The position numbers and the translations under genes are program-made. From NCBI GenBank assembly GCA_002392345.1, contig DGGU01000042.1, forward strand, positions 14,358 to 78,357: DNA of 64,000 bases, in the 5' to 3' direction. Below are positions 36,799-45,434 of the stretch, piece after piece (the stretch's first letter is position 1; every line of letters begins with the position of its first letter). This DNA is from Lachnospiraceae bacterium UBA3866. GTDB lineage: Bacteria; Bacillota; Clostridia; Lachnospirales; Lachnospiraceae. The notes below the pieces were generated by a model that searched no databases, had not been told where the DNA came from, and saw only the letters and a list, made by a program, of their open reading frames with translations.

Positions 36799-37400
36799 AC
36801 CTAGTATTTGCAACCAGTGTTGATACGATAAGTGAATTAGCATATATGGATGTAACTGCTACAGATAATGAGACAAACAGCGAAGCAGGTGCTAGGGTTA
36901 TCAAAGGCGGAGAGAATGAACCGGATATAAATTCAGGCATTGAAGGATCTGATTTTGTTATTAGTAATGCTGTTATAGATCCAAGTTCAAAGGGAAATAT
37001 CGAGACTTATATAGTTAAAGATAATGCCAAGATTGGATTCTATATAATCAATAGCAAGATTAATCCGCAAGATGTATATATACAAAATTACTATTATATG
37101 CCTATCGGCAATAGAAATGCTAAGATAAGATGTAGAGATTATCGCTATAACATCTTTGGTACTTATAATATAGCTCCAGATAAAGTCTATGGTAATCTTA
37201 AATCAACAGATAAGATATCAGATTGCCTTTTCATATACCAGATAGATTATAAGATTAGCGGTGAGGAAGAAAATAAAACTTTAACATTTGCTTATAAGAT
37301 TGTATCTGATGATGAGTTTGTAATGTATCAAAATATGGATATAAAACCAGTTATAGAAAAAGATGGTGAAATCAAAAGACCTAAAAAAGTCACTGAATAG
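36783..37400 (+). CDS. Hypothetical protein with an uncertain start
   Basis: The ORF is open from 36771, but only TTG 36783 or ATG 36846 are available as starts and neither has an SD sequence. No recognisable domain. Confidence 0.4.
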   Translation: MFFCINLVFATSVDTISELAYMDVTATDNETNSEAGARVIKGGENEPDINSGIEGSDFVISNAVIDPSSKGNIETYIVKDNAKIGFYIINSKINPQDVYIQNYYYMPIGNRNAKIRCRDYRYNIFGTYNIAPDKVYGNLKSTDKISDCLFIYQIDYKISGEEENKTLTFAYKIVSDDEFVMYQNMDIKPVIEKDGEIKRPKKVTE

Positions 37401-37412
37401 GAAGGAGAACAT

Positions 37413-37895
37413 ATGCCAGAAAATAATACTGTAAAACAACAAATATCAAAGGAAGGCCTTGAAAAATATCTTGAGGAATTGAATTATCTTAAAGGCGAGA
37501 GAAGAGCTGAGATAGCAGAGAAGATAAAAGATGCAAGAGAACAAGGTGATCTCTCTGAGAATGCTGAGTATGATGCAGCTAAAGATGAACAAAGAGAGAT
37601 AGAACTCAGGATTGAGACCATAGAAAATATCATAAAGAATGCAGAAGTGGTTGAAAAATCTGATTTGAAACGTGGAACTATTGGAGTTGGTAGCCATGTT
37701 AAACTTTTTGATTTGAAAGAAAAGGAAGAGATCGAATACGATATAGTTGGTGCAAGTGAAGCCAATAGTCTTAACGGCAAGATCTCAAACGAATCACCAC
37801 TTGGCAAAGAACTTCTTGGAAAGAGAAAAGGCGATGTAGTCGAAATCCAACTAACCCGTGGAAAATTAAAAGTTGAGATCCTAAAAGTATCATAG
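37413..37895 (+). CDS. greA: Transcription elongation factor GreA
   Basis: 160 aa; coiled-coil N-terminus with DLSENAEYDAAKDEQ and a C-terminal FKBP-like domain. The greA-lysS synteny is typical of Firmicutes. Confidence 0.9.
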   Translation: MPENNTVKQQISKEGLEKYLEELNYLKGERRAEIAEKIKDAREQGDLSENAEYDAAKDEQREIELRIETIENIIKNAEVVEKSDLKRGTIGVGSHVKLFDLKEKEEIEYDIVGASEANSLNGKISNESPLGKELLGKRKGDVVEIQLTRGKLKVEILKVS

Positions 37896-37903
37896 GGGTA
37901 TAT

Positions 37904-39793
37904 ATGTCAGAAGAGATTAGAGAACAAACCATAGAAGATATTAATAAACTTGAGAAAGCCAAACTCGATAAGTTTAATGAGTTTCTTGCTGAAGGTAAGA
38001 ATCCATTTTTAATTACAAAATATGATGTGACTAATCATACGATGGACATTAAAAATGATTTTGAAGGTTTTGATGGGAAGACTGTATCGCTTGCAGGAAG
38101 GCTCATGCTAAAAAGAGTTATGGGTAAGGCTTCATTTGCCAATATAGAAGATAGAGAAGGGAACATCCAACTTTATGTTGCTCGCGACGATATAGGCGAA
38201 GAGAGTTACAAGGATTTTAAGAAGTACGATATAGGCGATATCATAGGTGTTAAGGGATTTGTATTTAAAACCCAGACTGGTGAGATATCCGTTCATGCTA
38301 AAGAAGTAGTACTTCTCTCTAAATCACTTGCGGTTCTTCCAGAAAAATTTCATGGATTCCAAGATAGGGATCTTCGATATAGACAGAGATATATAGACCT
38401 CATAATGAATCCAGATGTGAAGAAGACTTTCATAATGAGATCTAAAATTATAAAAGAGATAAGAAACTTCCTTGATGGTCGTGATTTTATAGAAGTTGAG
38501 ACGCCAATATTAGTAGAAAATGCAGGTGGTGCGAATGCAAGACCATTTGAGACGCATTTCAATGCACTCTCTGAAGATAGAAAGCTTCGTATCTCACTTG
38601 AGCTTTATCTTAAGAGACTTATCGTTGGTGGACTTGAGAGAGTATATGAGATAGGTAGAGTTTTTAGAAATGAAGGAACTGATACTAAACATAATCCAGA
38701 GTTCACTCTTATGGAATTATACGAGGCTTATACTGACTATGAAGGCATGATGGAACTCACTGAATCTATGTTTAAGCATATAGCGAAGAATGTAGTTGGA
38801 ACTTTAAAACTCCCTTATGGCGATAATGTGATAGATTTTGAAAAGCCATTTGCGAAGATTACTATGATGGATGCAGTTAAGAAATATAGCGGTGTAGACT
38901 TTACTGCTATAAAAGATGACGAAGAGGCTAAAAAAATTGCACTTGAGAAGAAAGTTGAATTCTTACCTCATCATACGAAGGGAGATATACTCAATCTTTT
39001 CTTTGATGAATTTGTCGAGAAAGAGCTTATACAGCCAACCTTCGTCATAGACCATCCTATAGAAGTATCACCACTTACTAAGAAGAAACCAGGTGATGAA
39101 AGTCTTACTGAGAGATTTGAATTATATATCAATGGTTATGAGATGGCCAATGCCTACTCAGAGTTAAATGATCCAATAGACCAAAGAGAGAGATTTGTAG
39201 CGCAGGAAAAACTAAAAGCACTAGGCGATGAAGAGGCAAATAGCATGGATGAAGATTTCTTACATGCTCTTAAGATTGGTATGCCTCCAACAGGTGGCAT
39301 AGGATATGGCATAGATAGGCTTGTAATGCTTATGACAAATAGCCAGGCCATTCGCGATGTTTTGCTTTTCCCTACCCTCAAATCTGAAAAGACTGGATCT
39401 GAAGAAGACAAGAAAATAGATTTTTCTAAAGTTGTTATAGAACCATTATTCACAGAACTTGTAGATTTTGAAACATTCAGTAAATCAGATTTTAGAGCAG
39501 TGAAAGTAAAGGCGTGCGAGGCGGTACCAAAGTCTAAGAAACTCCTTAAATTCACCCTTGATGATGGATCAGGCACTGATAGAACCATACTTAGTGGCAT
39601 TCATGCTTTCTATGAACCAGAACAATTAATAGGAAAGACACTTATCGCTATCGTCAATCTTCCACCAAGAGCAATGATGGGAATTGACAGTTGTGGCATG
39701 ATACTTTCAGCCATCTACAAAGAAGGCGACGAAGAGAGACTCAACCTCTTAATTGTTGATAACAACATACCGGCAGGGGCGAAATTGTATTGA
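37904..39793 (+). CDS. lysS: Lysyl-tRNA synthetase (class II) with C-terminal Trbp111/EMAPII-like tRNA-binding domain
   Basis: OB-fold N-terminus, motif 2 RVFRNEG, motif 3 GIGYGIDRLVM. An extra ~136-aa tail (nt 39383..39790) reads FRAVKVKACEAVPKSKKLLKFTLDDGSG...IVNLPPRAMMGIDSCGMIL, like the MetRS C-terminal domain. Confidence 0.85.
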   Translation: MSEEIREQTIEDINKLEKAKLDKFNEFLAEGKNPFLITKYDVTNHTMDIKNDFEGFDGKTVSLAGRLMLKRVMGKASFANIEDREGNIQLYVARDDIGEESYKDFKKYDIGDIIGVKGFVFKTQTGEISVHAKEVVLLSKSLAVLPEKFHGFQDRDLRYRQRYIDLIMNPDVKKTFIMRSKIIKEIRNFLDGRDFIEVETPILVENAGGANARPFETHFNALSEDRKLRISLELYLKRLIVGGLERVYEIGRVFRNEGTDTKHNPEFTLMELYEAYTDYEGMMELTESMFKHIAKNVVGTLKLPYGDNVIDFEKPFAKITMMDAVKKYSGVDFTAIKDDEEAKKIALEKKVEFLPHHTKGDILNLFFDEFVEKELIQPTFVIDHPIEVSPLTKKKPGDESLTERFELYINGYEMANAYSELNDPIDQRERFVAQEKLKALGDEEANSMDEDFLHALKIGMPPTGGIGYGIDRLVMLMTNSQAIRDVLLFPTLKSEKTGSEEDKKIDFSKVVIEPLFTELVDFETFSKSDFRAVKVKACEAVPKSKKLLKFTLDDGSGTDRTILSGIHAFYEPEQLIGKTLIAIVNLPPRAMMGIDSCGMILSAIYKEGDEERLNLLIVDNNIPAGAKLY

Positions 39794-39822
39794 TTTAATG
39801 ATAAATTGAAATTTATTAAAAT

Positions 39823-39844
39823 AAGCGACCTTGTGGTCGCTTTT
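39823..39844. terminator. Bidirectional rho-independent terminator (lysS / HTH gene)
   Basis: AAGCGACC-TTGT-GGTCGCTT stem-loop flanked by A and T runs. Confidence 0.75.
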
Positions 39845-40061
39845 ATAGTGATTGATCTTTACTTGAGTGCTTATATTTTATGATATTCTCCACCTTGCAG
39901 TTGAAAATTCTACAAAAATCGTTTATTGTTCTAGTGGTTATATCTTTATTATTCTTAATTCGGCTAAGTGTATTAAAAGAGATATGATGCACTTTGGTTA
40001 AAGTGTACCAAGATTCATTTGATTTTCTTAAAGTTTCCCAAAAAGGCGAATAATCAATCAT
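39843..40061 (-). CDS. XRE/Cro-type helix-turn-helix protein (candidate R-M controller)
   Basis: 72 aa; YTLTKVHHISFNTLSRIKNNKDITTRTINDFCRIF matches an HTH_26/Cro-C1 pattern. Divergent from the methyltransferase gene. Confidence 0.65.
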   Translation of the reverse strand: MIDYSPFWETLRKSNESWYTLTKVHHISFNTLSRIKNNKDITTRTINDFCRIFNCKVENIIKYKHSSKDQSL

Positions 40062-40081
40062 ATAGTCTATTTTAGACTATA
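40061..40081. promoter_or_regulatory. Perfect palindrome TATAGTCTA-TTT-TAGACTATA (candidate operator/C-box)
   Basis: 9-bp arms abutting the HTH start codon and overlapping a candidate minus-strand -10 (TATAGT). Confidence 0.5.
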
Positions 40082-40119
40082 TTTTTTTACTTGCATATAT
40101 TCAAAAAATTGAATATAAT
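40076..40119. promoter_or_regulatory. Overlapping divergent sigma-A-type promoters
   Basis: Plus strand: TTGCAT (40091..40096), 17 nt, TATAAT (40114..40119), upstream of the MTase. Minus strand: TTGAAT (complement of 40099..40104), 17 nt, TATAGT (complement of 40076..40081), upstream of the HTH gene. Confidence 0.45.
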
Positions 40120-40152
40120 ATATACAATATATAGAATATACAAATTTAAACA

Positions 40153-41088
40153 ATGAAAGCCCAAAGAAATAAAACTATAGATTTTGATTTGGATGTTGGT
40201 GAACCATTTTTGAAAAGATGCATAACGGTCGCTAATGATGTTTCTATTGAACAAATAATAAATAAAACGATTATAGGCGACACATTTGATGTTTTGGATT
40301 ATTTGCCAAATGAATTTGCAGATTTAATAATAGCTGATCCACCATATAATTTATCTAAAAACTACAATGGCAATAAATTCAATAAAGTGTCATATAGCAA
40401 ATACGTAGAATATACTGATGGCTGGATAAAAAAAATATTTAAATTATTGAAAAATAATGGAAGTATTTATGTGTGTTGTGATTGGAAAAGTAGTTCTTCA
40501 ATTGAGATGGTATTAAAAGATTATTTTGTCATCCAAAATAGAATTACGTGGCAACGAGAGAAAGGCCGAGGTGCCTTGAATAATTGGAAAAATGCAATGG
40601 AGGATATATGGTTTGCCAGTAAATCTAAAGAATATACTTTCAATGTTGATAGAGTGAAAATAAGGCGAAAAGTAATAGCTCCTTATAAAATAGATGGAAA
40701 ACCAAAAGATTGGGAGGAAACACAATATGGTAATTTTAGAAACACATATCCATCAAATTTTTGGGATGATATATCTATACCATACTGGTCTATGCCAGAA
40801 AATACAGCACATCCAACTCAAAAACCGGAAAAGTTAATTGCTAAATTAATATTAGCTAGTTCAAACGAAAATGATATAATTCTTGATCCTTTTCTTGGAT
40901 CTGGAACTACTTCAGTAGTTGCAAAAAAATTAAAAAGAAAATATGTGGGAATAGAACAAAATAAGCAATACTGCGCATGGGCAGAAAAAAGGATTGAAGA
41001 TGCAAAATACGACAATATAATACAAGGTTATGCTAATGGAGTTTTTTGGGAAAGAAATACATCAAATTTACAGAAGAAATTTGAATGA
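40153..41088 (+). CDS. Beta-class DNA methyltransferase (N6-adenine/N4-cytosine; N6_N4_Mtase family)
   Basis: Motif IV DPPY (nt 40336..40347) precedes motif I DPFLGSGTT, which is the beta-class permutation. Confidence 0.85.
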   Translation: MKAQRNKTIDFDLDVGEPFLKRCITVANDVSIEQIINKTIIGDTFDVLDYLPNEFADLIIADPPYNLSKNYNGNKFNKVSYSKYVEYTDGWIKKIFKLLKNNGSIYVCCDWKSSSSIEMVLKDYFVIQNRITWQREKGRGALNNWKNAMEDIWFASKSKEYTFNVDRVKIRRKVIAPYKIDGKPKDWEETQYGNFRNTYPSNFWDDISIPYWSMPENTAHPTQKPEKLIAKLILASSNENDIILDPFLGSGTTSVVAKKLKRKYVGIEQNKQYCAWAEKRIEDAKYDNIIQGYANGVFWERNTSNLQKKFE

Positions 41089-41102
41089 AAAGAAATATAT
41101 AA

Positions 41103-41762
41103 ATGAATAAGCTGTTTACAAAAAAATATAGAGATAAAGTGCAAATTGAGGTTATTAAATCGTTGAATAATACCGATTTAGTAAATTCGCTATTATCTAG
41201 TAGCCCAAGAGCCATTGGTGATGCAGTTCAAAATTATTTAGAAGATAATTTTGTCAAATGCTTGCCAAAAGAATTGATAAAGGACTACAATAACCAATTT
41301 GCAAGACGTTCAATGGCAGATTTTGCTTTTACAGATATAAATAGTAATTATTATGCAGTAGATAGCAAAACGCATAATGTTGATACTGCTTTTAATATGC
41401 CGAATTTGACTTCAGTTGAACGATTATCAAGATTTTACGAAGACCATGAAAATTACTTTACAATTTTGATGACATCTTATAGTATATCTAAACAAAAAAA
41501 ACCAATATTTACATCTTGCGATTTTGTGCCTATTGAGATGCTGGATTGGAATTGTTTGACGTTGGGTGCTCTTGGGTGGGGTCAGATTCAAATTGCTAAT
41601 TCTAATTATATTAGTATTAACGAAACCAATACAAGAAAAAAGTGGATGTTGCAATTATGTGATAATTTAGAGATTTTTTATCCGAATGAAATTGCGAAAA
41701 TTAATGAGCGTATAAATAGATTTAAAAGCATACGCAAGTTTTGGGAAAAACAACCAGATTAA
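41103..41762 (+). CDS. Putative type II restriction endonuclease
   Basis: 219 aa, 14 nt downstream of the MTase. PD-(D/E)xK-like arrangement: D73 (nt 41319) ... D87-S-K89 (nt 41361..41369). No other family recognised. Confidence 0.55.
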   Translation: MNKLFTKKYRDKVQIEVIKSLNNTDLVNSLLSSSPRAIGDAVQNYLEDNFVKCLPKELIKDYNNQFARRSMADFAFTDINSNYYAVDSKTHNVDTAFNMPNLTSVERLSRFYEDHENYFTILMTSYSISKQKKPIFTSCDFVPIEMLDWNCLTLGALGWGQIQIANSNYISINETNTRKKWMLQLCDNLEIFYPNEIAKINERINRFKSIRKFWEKQPD

Positions 41763-41819
41763 AATAATAATATATTATGTGATTTAATTTTAATATATTT
41801 TAAGCATGGTGGCAAGAAT

Positions 41820-42008
41820 ATGAACGTATATGTTGATAAAAATTCAAATGAAAATAGAAGCAATATTTCGACTAAAAAGAAACATAAAGCCTTTGGATGT
41901 TTACATAAGTATGCTAATCCAGCATTAATTGGCAAAGAAAGAGAGATAGTTGCTGAAACTATTGCAGAAAAATATATAGGGAAAGTTGAAAAGCTTTATG
42001 AAGATTGA
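41820..42008 (+). CDS. Small hypothetical protein (62 aa)
   Basis: ORF followed by a strong terminator. The KYANPALIGKERE segment is reminiscent of tails of AbrB/MazE-type antitoxins; this rests on memory-level similarity only. Confidence 0.3.
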   Translation: MNVYVDKNSNENRSNISTKKKHKAFGCLHKYANPALIGKEREIVAETIAEKYIGKVEKLYED

Positions 42009-42034
42009 AAAAAGTGACCCTAGGTCACTTTTTT
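42009..42034. terminator. Bidirectional rho-independent terminator
   Basis: AAAAAAGTGACC-CTA-GGTCACTTTTTT. Confidence 0.8.
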
Positions 42035-42062
42035 GCTACTAATTGCCGATTACTATATGCTC

Positions 42063-43259
42063 CTAATTATTTGTATAATTATCAAAATACCCTTGTATAA
42101 GCACGAAAGGTGTCCCCTTATCGCCTGAGCCGGATGTTAAGTCACATAGGCTTCCAAGTAAGTCAGTAATCTGTCTTGGGGTAGTGCCTTCTGAAACCAT
42201 GTTGCCTTTGAGGTCTTTATCCTTTTTAGTGATAGATTCCTTGATGGCATTTTTTAATGCATCGCCGGATAGATCTTTATAGTCATTATCTGCAAGATAT
42301 TTTAATTTTAATTCATTAGGTGTGCCGACGAGACCTTTGGTATAAGCTGGTGATACAACTGGGTCAGCAAGCTCCCAGATCTTACCTTGAGGATCTTTGA
42401 ATGCTCCATCGCCATAGACCATAACTTCTATATGCTTGCCAGTTTTTTCAATTAATTCCTTCTGTATATTTTCAACTAATTTCTGACAACTGCTATTTGG
42501 AAAAAGTTTCACCTTATCTTCGGTTGCTTTGTTGGAACCAAGGAGACCATATTTTTCATTAAAGCCAGAGCCCTCTACTGATTCGGTAAGTATCTCATCA
42601 AGGCCATATACTATCTTTGCGCCACTGGCCTTAAGCAGTCTTTTTGTCCTTGCTCTTGTATGTATGTCGCAATTAAGGATGCAGTCAGTGTATTTAAGTA
42701 TAGTTTTAACTTGGTTTGCGAAAACTATCTCGCAAGCACAACCTTCACTTTCTACAAGTTCTTTATAATAGTCTATATAATCTACACCAGTGAACTCGTG
42801 TATCTTGCGGCCAAATAACTCTCTATATTTTTCAAGTGATAGTACATCACTATAAGGATTGACATTTTTCTCATCAAGATCATCATAGGTTAGAAGTGCA
42901 TTGCCAACTTCGTCAGATGGGTATGATAGCATGAGAACGATCTTTTTTGCACCTCTTGCTATACCGCGAAGTAGTATGGCAAAACGATTTCTTGATGTGA
43001 TAGGATGTATGACACCTATAGTGTTATCGCCAAATTTATCCTTTATATCTTTAGCAATTTGATCAACTGTAGCATAATTGCCATTTGCCCTTGCAACTAC
43101 TGATTCAGTGATACAGACCACGTCTTTATCATGAAGAGGGATATTTTCTGATGCAGTAGCATCTAAGACTGATTTTACAACAATTTTGCAGAGATCGTCA
43201 CCTTCTCTTATAATAGGCCCTCTTATACCAATAGATTTAACGCCAGTTAATCTTTCCAT
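42063..43259 (-). CDS. CofE/F420-0:gamma-glutamyl ligase-like family protein
   Basis: MERLTGVKSIGIRGPIIREGDDL...VVCITESVVARANG is the typical N-terminus of this family. Start set at the ATG (complement of 43257..43259), after GGAGGAG. Confidence 0.65.
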   Translation of the reverse strand: MERLTGVKSIGIRGPIIREGDDLCKIVVKSVLDATASENIPLHDKDVVCITESVVARANGNYATVDQIAKDIKDKFGDNTIGVIHPITSRNRFAILLRGIARGAKKIVLMLSYPSDEVGNALLTYDDLDEKNVNPYSDVLSLEKYRELFGRKIHEFTGVDYIDYYKELVESEGCACEIVFANQVKTILKYTDCILNCDIHTRARTKRLLKASGAKIVYGLDEILTESVEGSGFNEKYGLLGSNKATEDKVKLFPNSSCQKLVENIQKELIEKTGKHIEVMVYGDGAFKDPQGKIWELADPVVSPAYTKGLVGTPNELKLKYLADNDYKDLSGDALKNAIKESITKKDKDLKGNMVSEGTTPRQITDLLGSLCDLTSGSGDKGTPFVLIQGYFDNYTNN

Positions 43260-43449
43260 ATATACTCCTCCAATAAAGCGCATTATTGACACTCTATTAT
43301 ACAATATTAAACTGAAAAAATAAATAATTTAGAATTGATGGCTTTGCCATATGGTAATATGTAGTGGTAGTCTAATATCTCTTATGAATACATAGTATAA
43401 CCCCAATGATAAAAGTGAGAAAAAGTCGCCGTATTAGTGGCGATTTTGT

Positions 43450-43478
43450 TTGAAATGGAATATTATATGTGTTAAAAT
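43450..43478 (+). promoter_or_regulatory. Candidate sigma-A promoter of metQNI
   Basis: TTGAAA, 17 nt, TAAAAT, lying 45 nt upstream of the metQ start. Confidence 0.45.
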
Positions 43479-43522
43479 GAATATTTAGCGTTTAAGACAT
43501 GCGATTTAAGGAGGATTTATTT

Positions 43523-44413
43523 ATGAAAAATAAGAAATTAATTTTATTAACAGCATTAGCGTTTGTAGTTATGGCTTTTTTTGCTGCTTGTAGCGGAAGC
43601 AATAAGCAAGCGGCAGCTGAGTCTGAAACTGTTACTGAGAGCATAGAAGCTACTGAGGCTAGCGAAACTACACAAAATGTCACACTTACTGTTGGTGCAA
43701 GTTCTACACCTCATGCTGAGATTTTGGAAATTGCAAAACCAATTCTTGCTGACAAAGGGATAGATATTAATATCATTATATATGATGATTATGTCCTTCC
43801 TAATACAGCATTACAAGATGGAACTCTTGATGCTAATTATTTTCAACATACACCTTATATGAATAGCTTCAATGAATCAAATGGCACAGATCTTGTATCA
43901 GCTGGTATGATTCACTATGAACCATTTGGAATATATAGTTTCGCAGTAAAAGATCTTAATGACAAAGAAGCATTCAAAACTATAATCGTTCCTGATGATG
44001 ACTCAAATCAGACAAGAGCCTTACTTCTTCTTAGACAAGAAGGGCTTGTAGATTTGCCAGAAGATGCTTCTGTAGATAAAGGGGTTAGCGTGCTTGATAT
44101 AGTTGATGATCATGGCTACACTATCAACGCAGCACAGGCTGATGCCATACCTTCACTCCTTAAGAGTGGTGGCGACGATGTGATAGCAGTTATCAATTAT
44201 AACTATGCACTTGGTGCAGGACTTAAGACTACTGATGCCCTTGCAGTTGAAGATGCAAGTGGAGATGCGGCAAGGACTTATGCCAATGTAATTGCAGTTA
44301 GAAGAGGGGACGAAGGAACTCCTGCAATTAGAACTTTAGTATCAGTACTTCAAGATGGTATAGTAGACAAGTATAACAATAATACTGGTGCTGGTATCAT
44401 GCCAATAAAGTAA
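43523..44413 (+). CDS. metQ: Methionine ABC transporter substrate-binding lipoprotein (MetQ/NlpA family)
   Basis: Lipoprotein signal MKNKKLILLTALAFVVMAFFAAC; NlpA-family body; followed by metN and metI. Confidence 0.85.
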   Translation: MKNKKLILLTALAFVVMAFFAACSGSNKQAAAESETVTESIEATEASETTQNVTLTVGASSTPHAEILEIAKPILADKGIDINIIIYDDYVLPNTALQDGTLDANYFQHTPYMNSFNESNGTDLVSAGMIHYEPFGIYSFAVKDLNDKEAFKTIIVPDDDSNQTRALLLLRQEGLVDLPEDASVDKGVSVLDIVDDHGYTINAAQADAIPSLLKSGGDDVIAVINYNYALGAGLKTTDALAVEDASGDAARTYANVIAVRRGDEGTPAIRTLVSVLQDGIVDKYNNNTGAGIMPIK

Positions 44414-44441
44414 TATTGTTATGCTAAAGTAAGGTTGATAT

Positions 44442-45431
44442 ATGATTGAATTTCGACATCTTAGTAAAACTTATAAAACTGCCGATAAAGAGATAGTTGC
44501 ACTTGAAGATATTAATTTAACTATTAATGATGGTGAAATCTATGGTATTATCGGTTTATCGGGTGCTGGGAAAAGCACCCTTGTACGTTGTATTAATCTT
44601 CTTGAAAAGCCTACTTCAGGTAAAGTCTTTATAGATGGTAAAGATATAACTATACTTGACAATAAAAGCCTCTTAGAACTTAGAAGAACTATAGGGATGA
44701 TATTTCAAGGCTTTAATCTGCTTGATCAGAGATCTGTTATTCGTAACGTCACTTTTCCACTTGAAGTATCAGGTGTAAGCATGGATAGAGCAAGAGTTAG
44801 AGCAATGGAACTTCTTGAGATAGTGGGGCTTAAAGACCGCGCTAATTCTTATCCATCACAATTATCAGGTGGCCAGAAACAAAGAGTTGCTATAGCCCGT
44901 GCACTTGCCACTAATCCTAAGTACCTTCTTTGCGATGAAGCTACATCAGCACTTGATCCTAACACAACGAGATCTATACTAGATTTACTTAAAGAAATCA
45001 ATAAAACTATGGGTGTTACTATAGTTGTTATCACTCATGAGATGAAAGTAATAGAGCAAATATGTGATAAGGTCGCAGTACTCGATAAGAGCAAGATTGT
45101 AGAAGAGGGTGATGTTAAAGAAGTATTTATAAACCCTATCTCAGATATAGCGAAAGAACTGATTCTGCCAAAAGAAGGTAATAATTTCGGGATACATAAA
45201 GGAAGGAAGGTGAGACTTACATTCCGATCAGAGTATTCTGGAAAACCTCTTATATCTGCAATGGTGCTTGAATGTAAAACTTCGGTCAATATACTTTTTG
45301 CTGATACGAAAGAGATGGATGGTGGTATATACGGACATATGGTTATAGGCTTGCCAGATGATGAAAAAGAGGCAGAGAGAATTATTGCTTGGCTTAAAAA
45401 TAGTTCTATAGAATGGCAGGAAGAGGTGTAG
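44442..45431 (+). CDS. metN: Methionine ABC transporter ATP-binding protein
   Basis: Walker A GLSGAGKST, signature LSGGQKQR, Walker B LLCDEATSALD, C-terminal NIL domain. Confidence 0.9.
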   Translation: MIEFRHLSKTYKTADKEIVALEDINLTINDGEIYGIIGLSGAGKSTLVRCINLLEKPTSGKVFIDGKDITILDNKSLLELRRTIGMIFQGFNLLDQRSVIRNVTFPLEVSGVSMDRARVRAMELLEIVGLKDRANSYPSQLSGGQKQRVAIARALATNPKYLLCDEATSALDPNTTRSILDLLKEINKTMGVTIVVITHEMKVIEQICDKVAVLDKSKIVEEGDVKEVFINPISDIAKELILPKEGNNFGIHKGRKVRLTFRSEYSGKPLISAMVLECKTSVNILFADTKEMDGGIYGHMVIGLPDDEKEAERIIAWLKNSSIEWQEEV

Positions 45432-45434
45432 TAT

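Noticed and set aside
39794-42062. Integrase or att-site-bounded mobile island carrying the R-M system.
   Set aside because: No integrase, transposase or direct-repeat att sites are visible. The two flanking hairpins are ordinary terminators with only generic similarity. Horizontal origin is plausible from the extreme AT-richness but cannot be shown from this window.
43305-43498. SAM (S-box) riboswitch or T-box upstream of metQNI.
   Set aside because: A CTCTTATGAA string superficially resembles the S-box 5' end. None of the downstream conserved S-box helices or GGC/GCC boxes are present, and the best promoter lies downstream of the hairpin.
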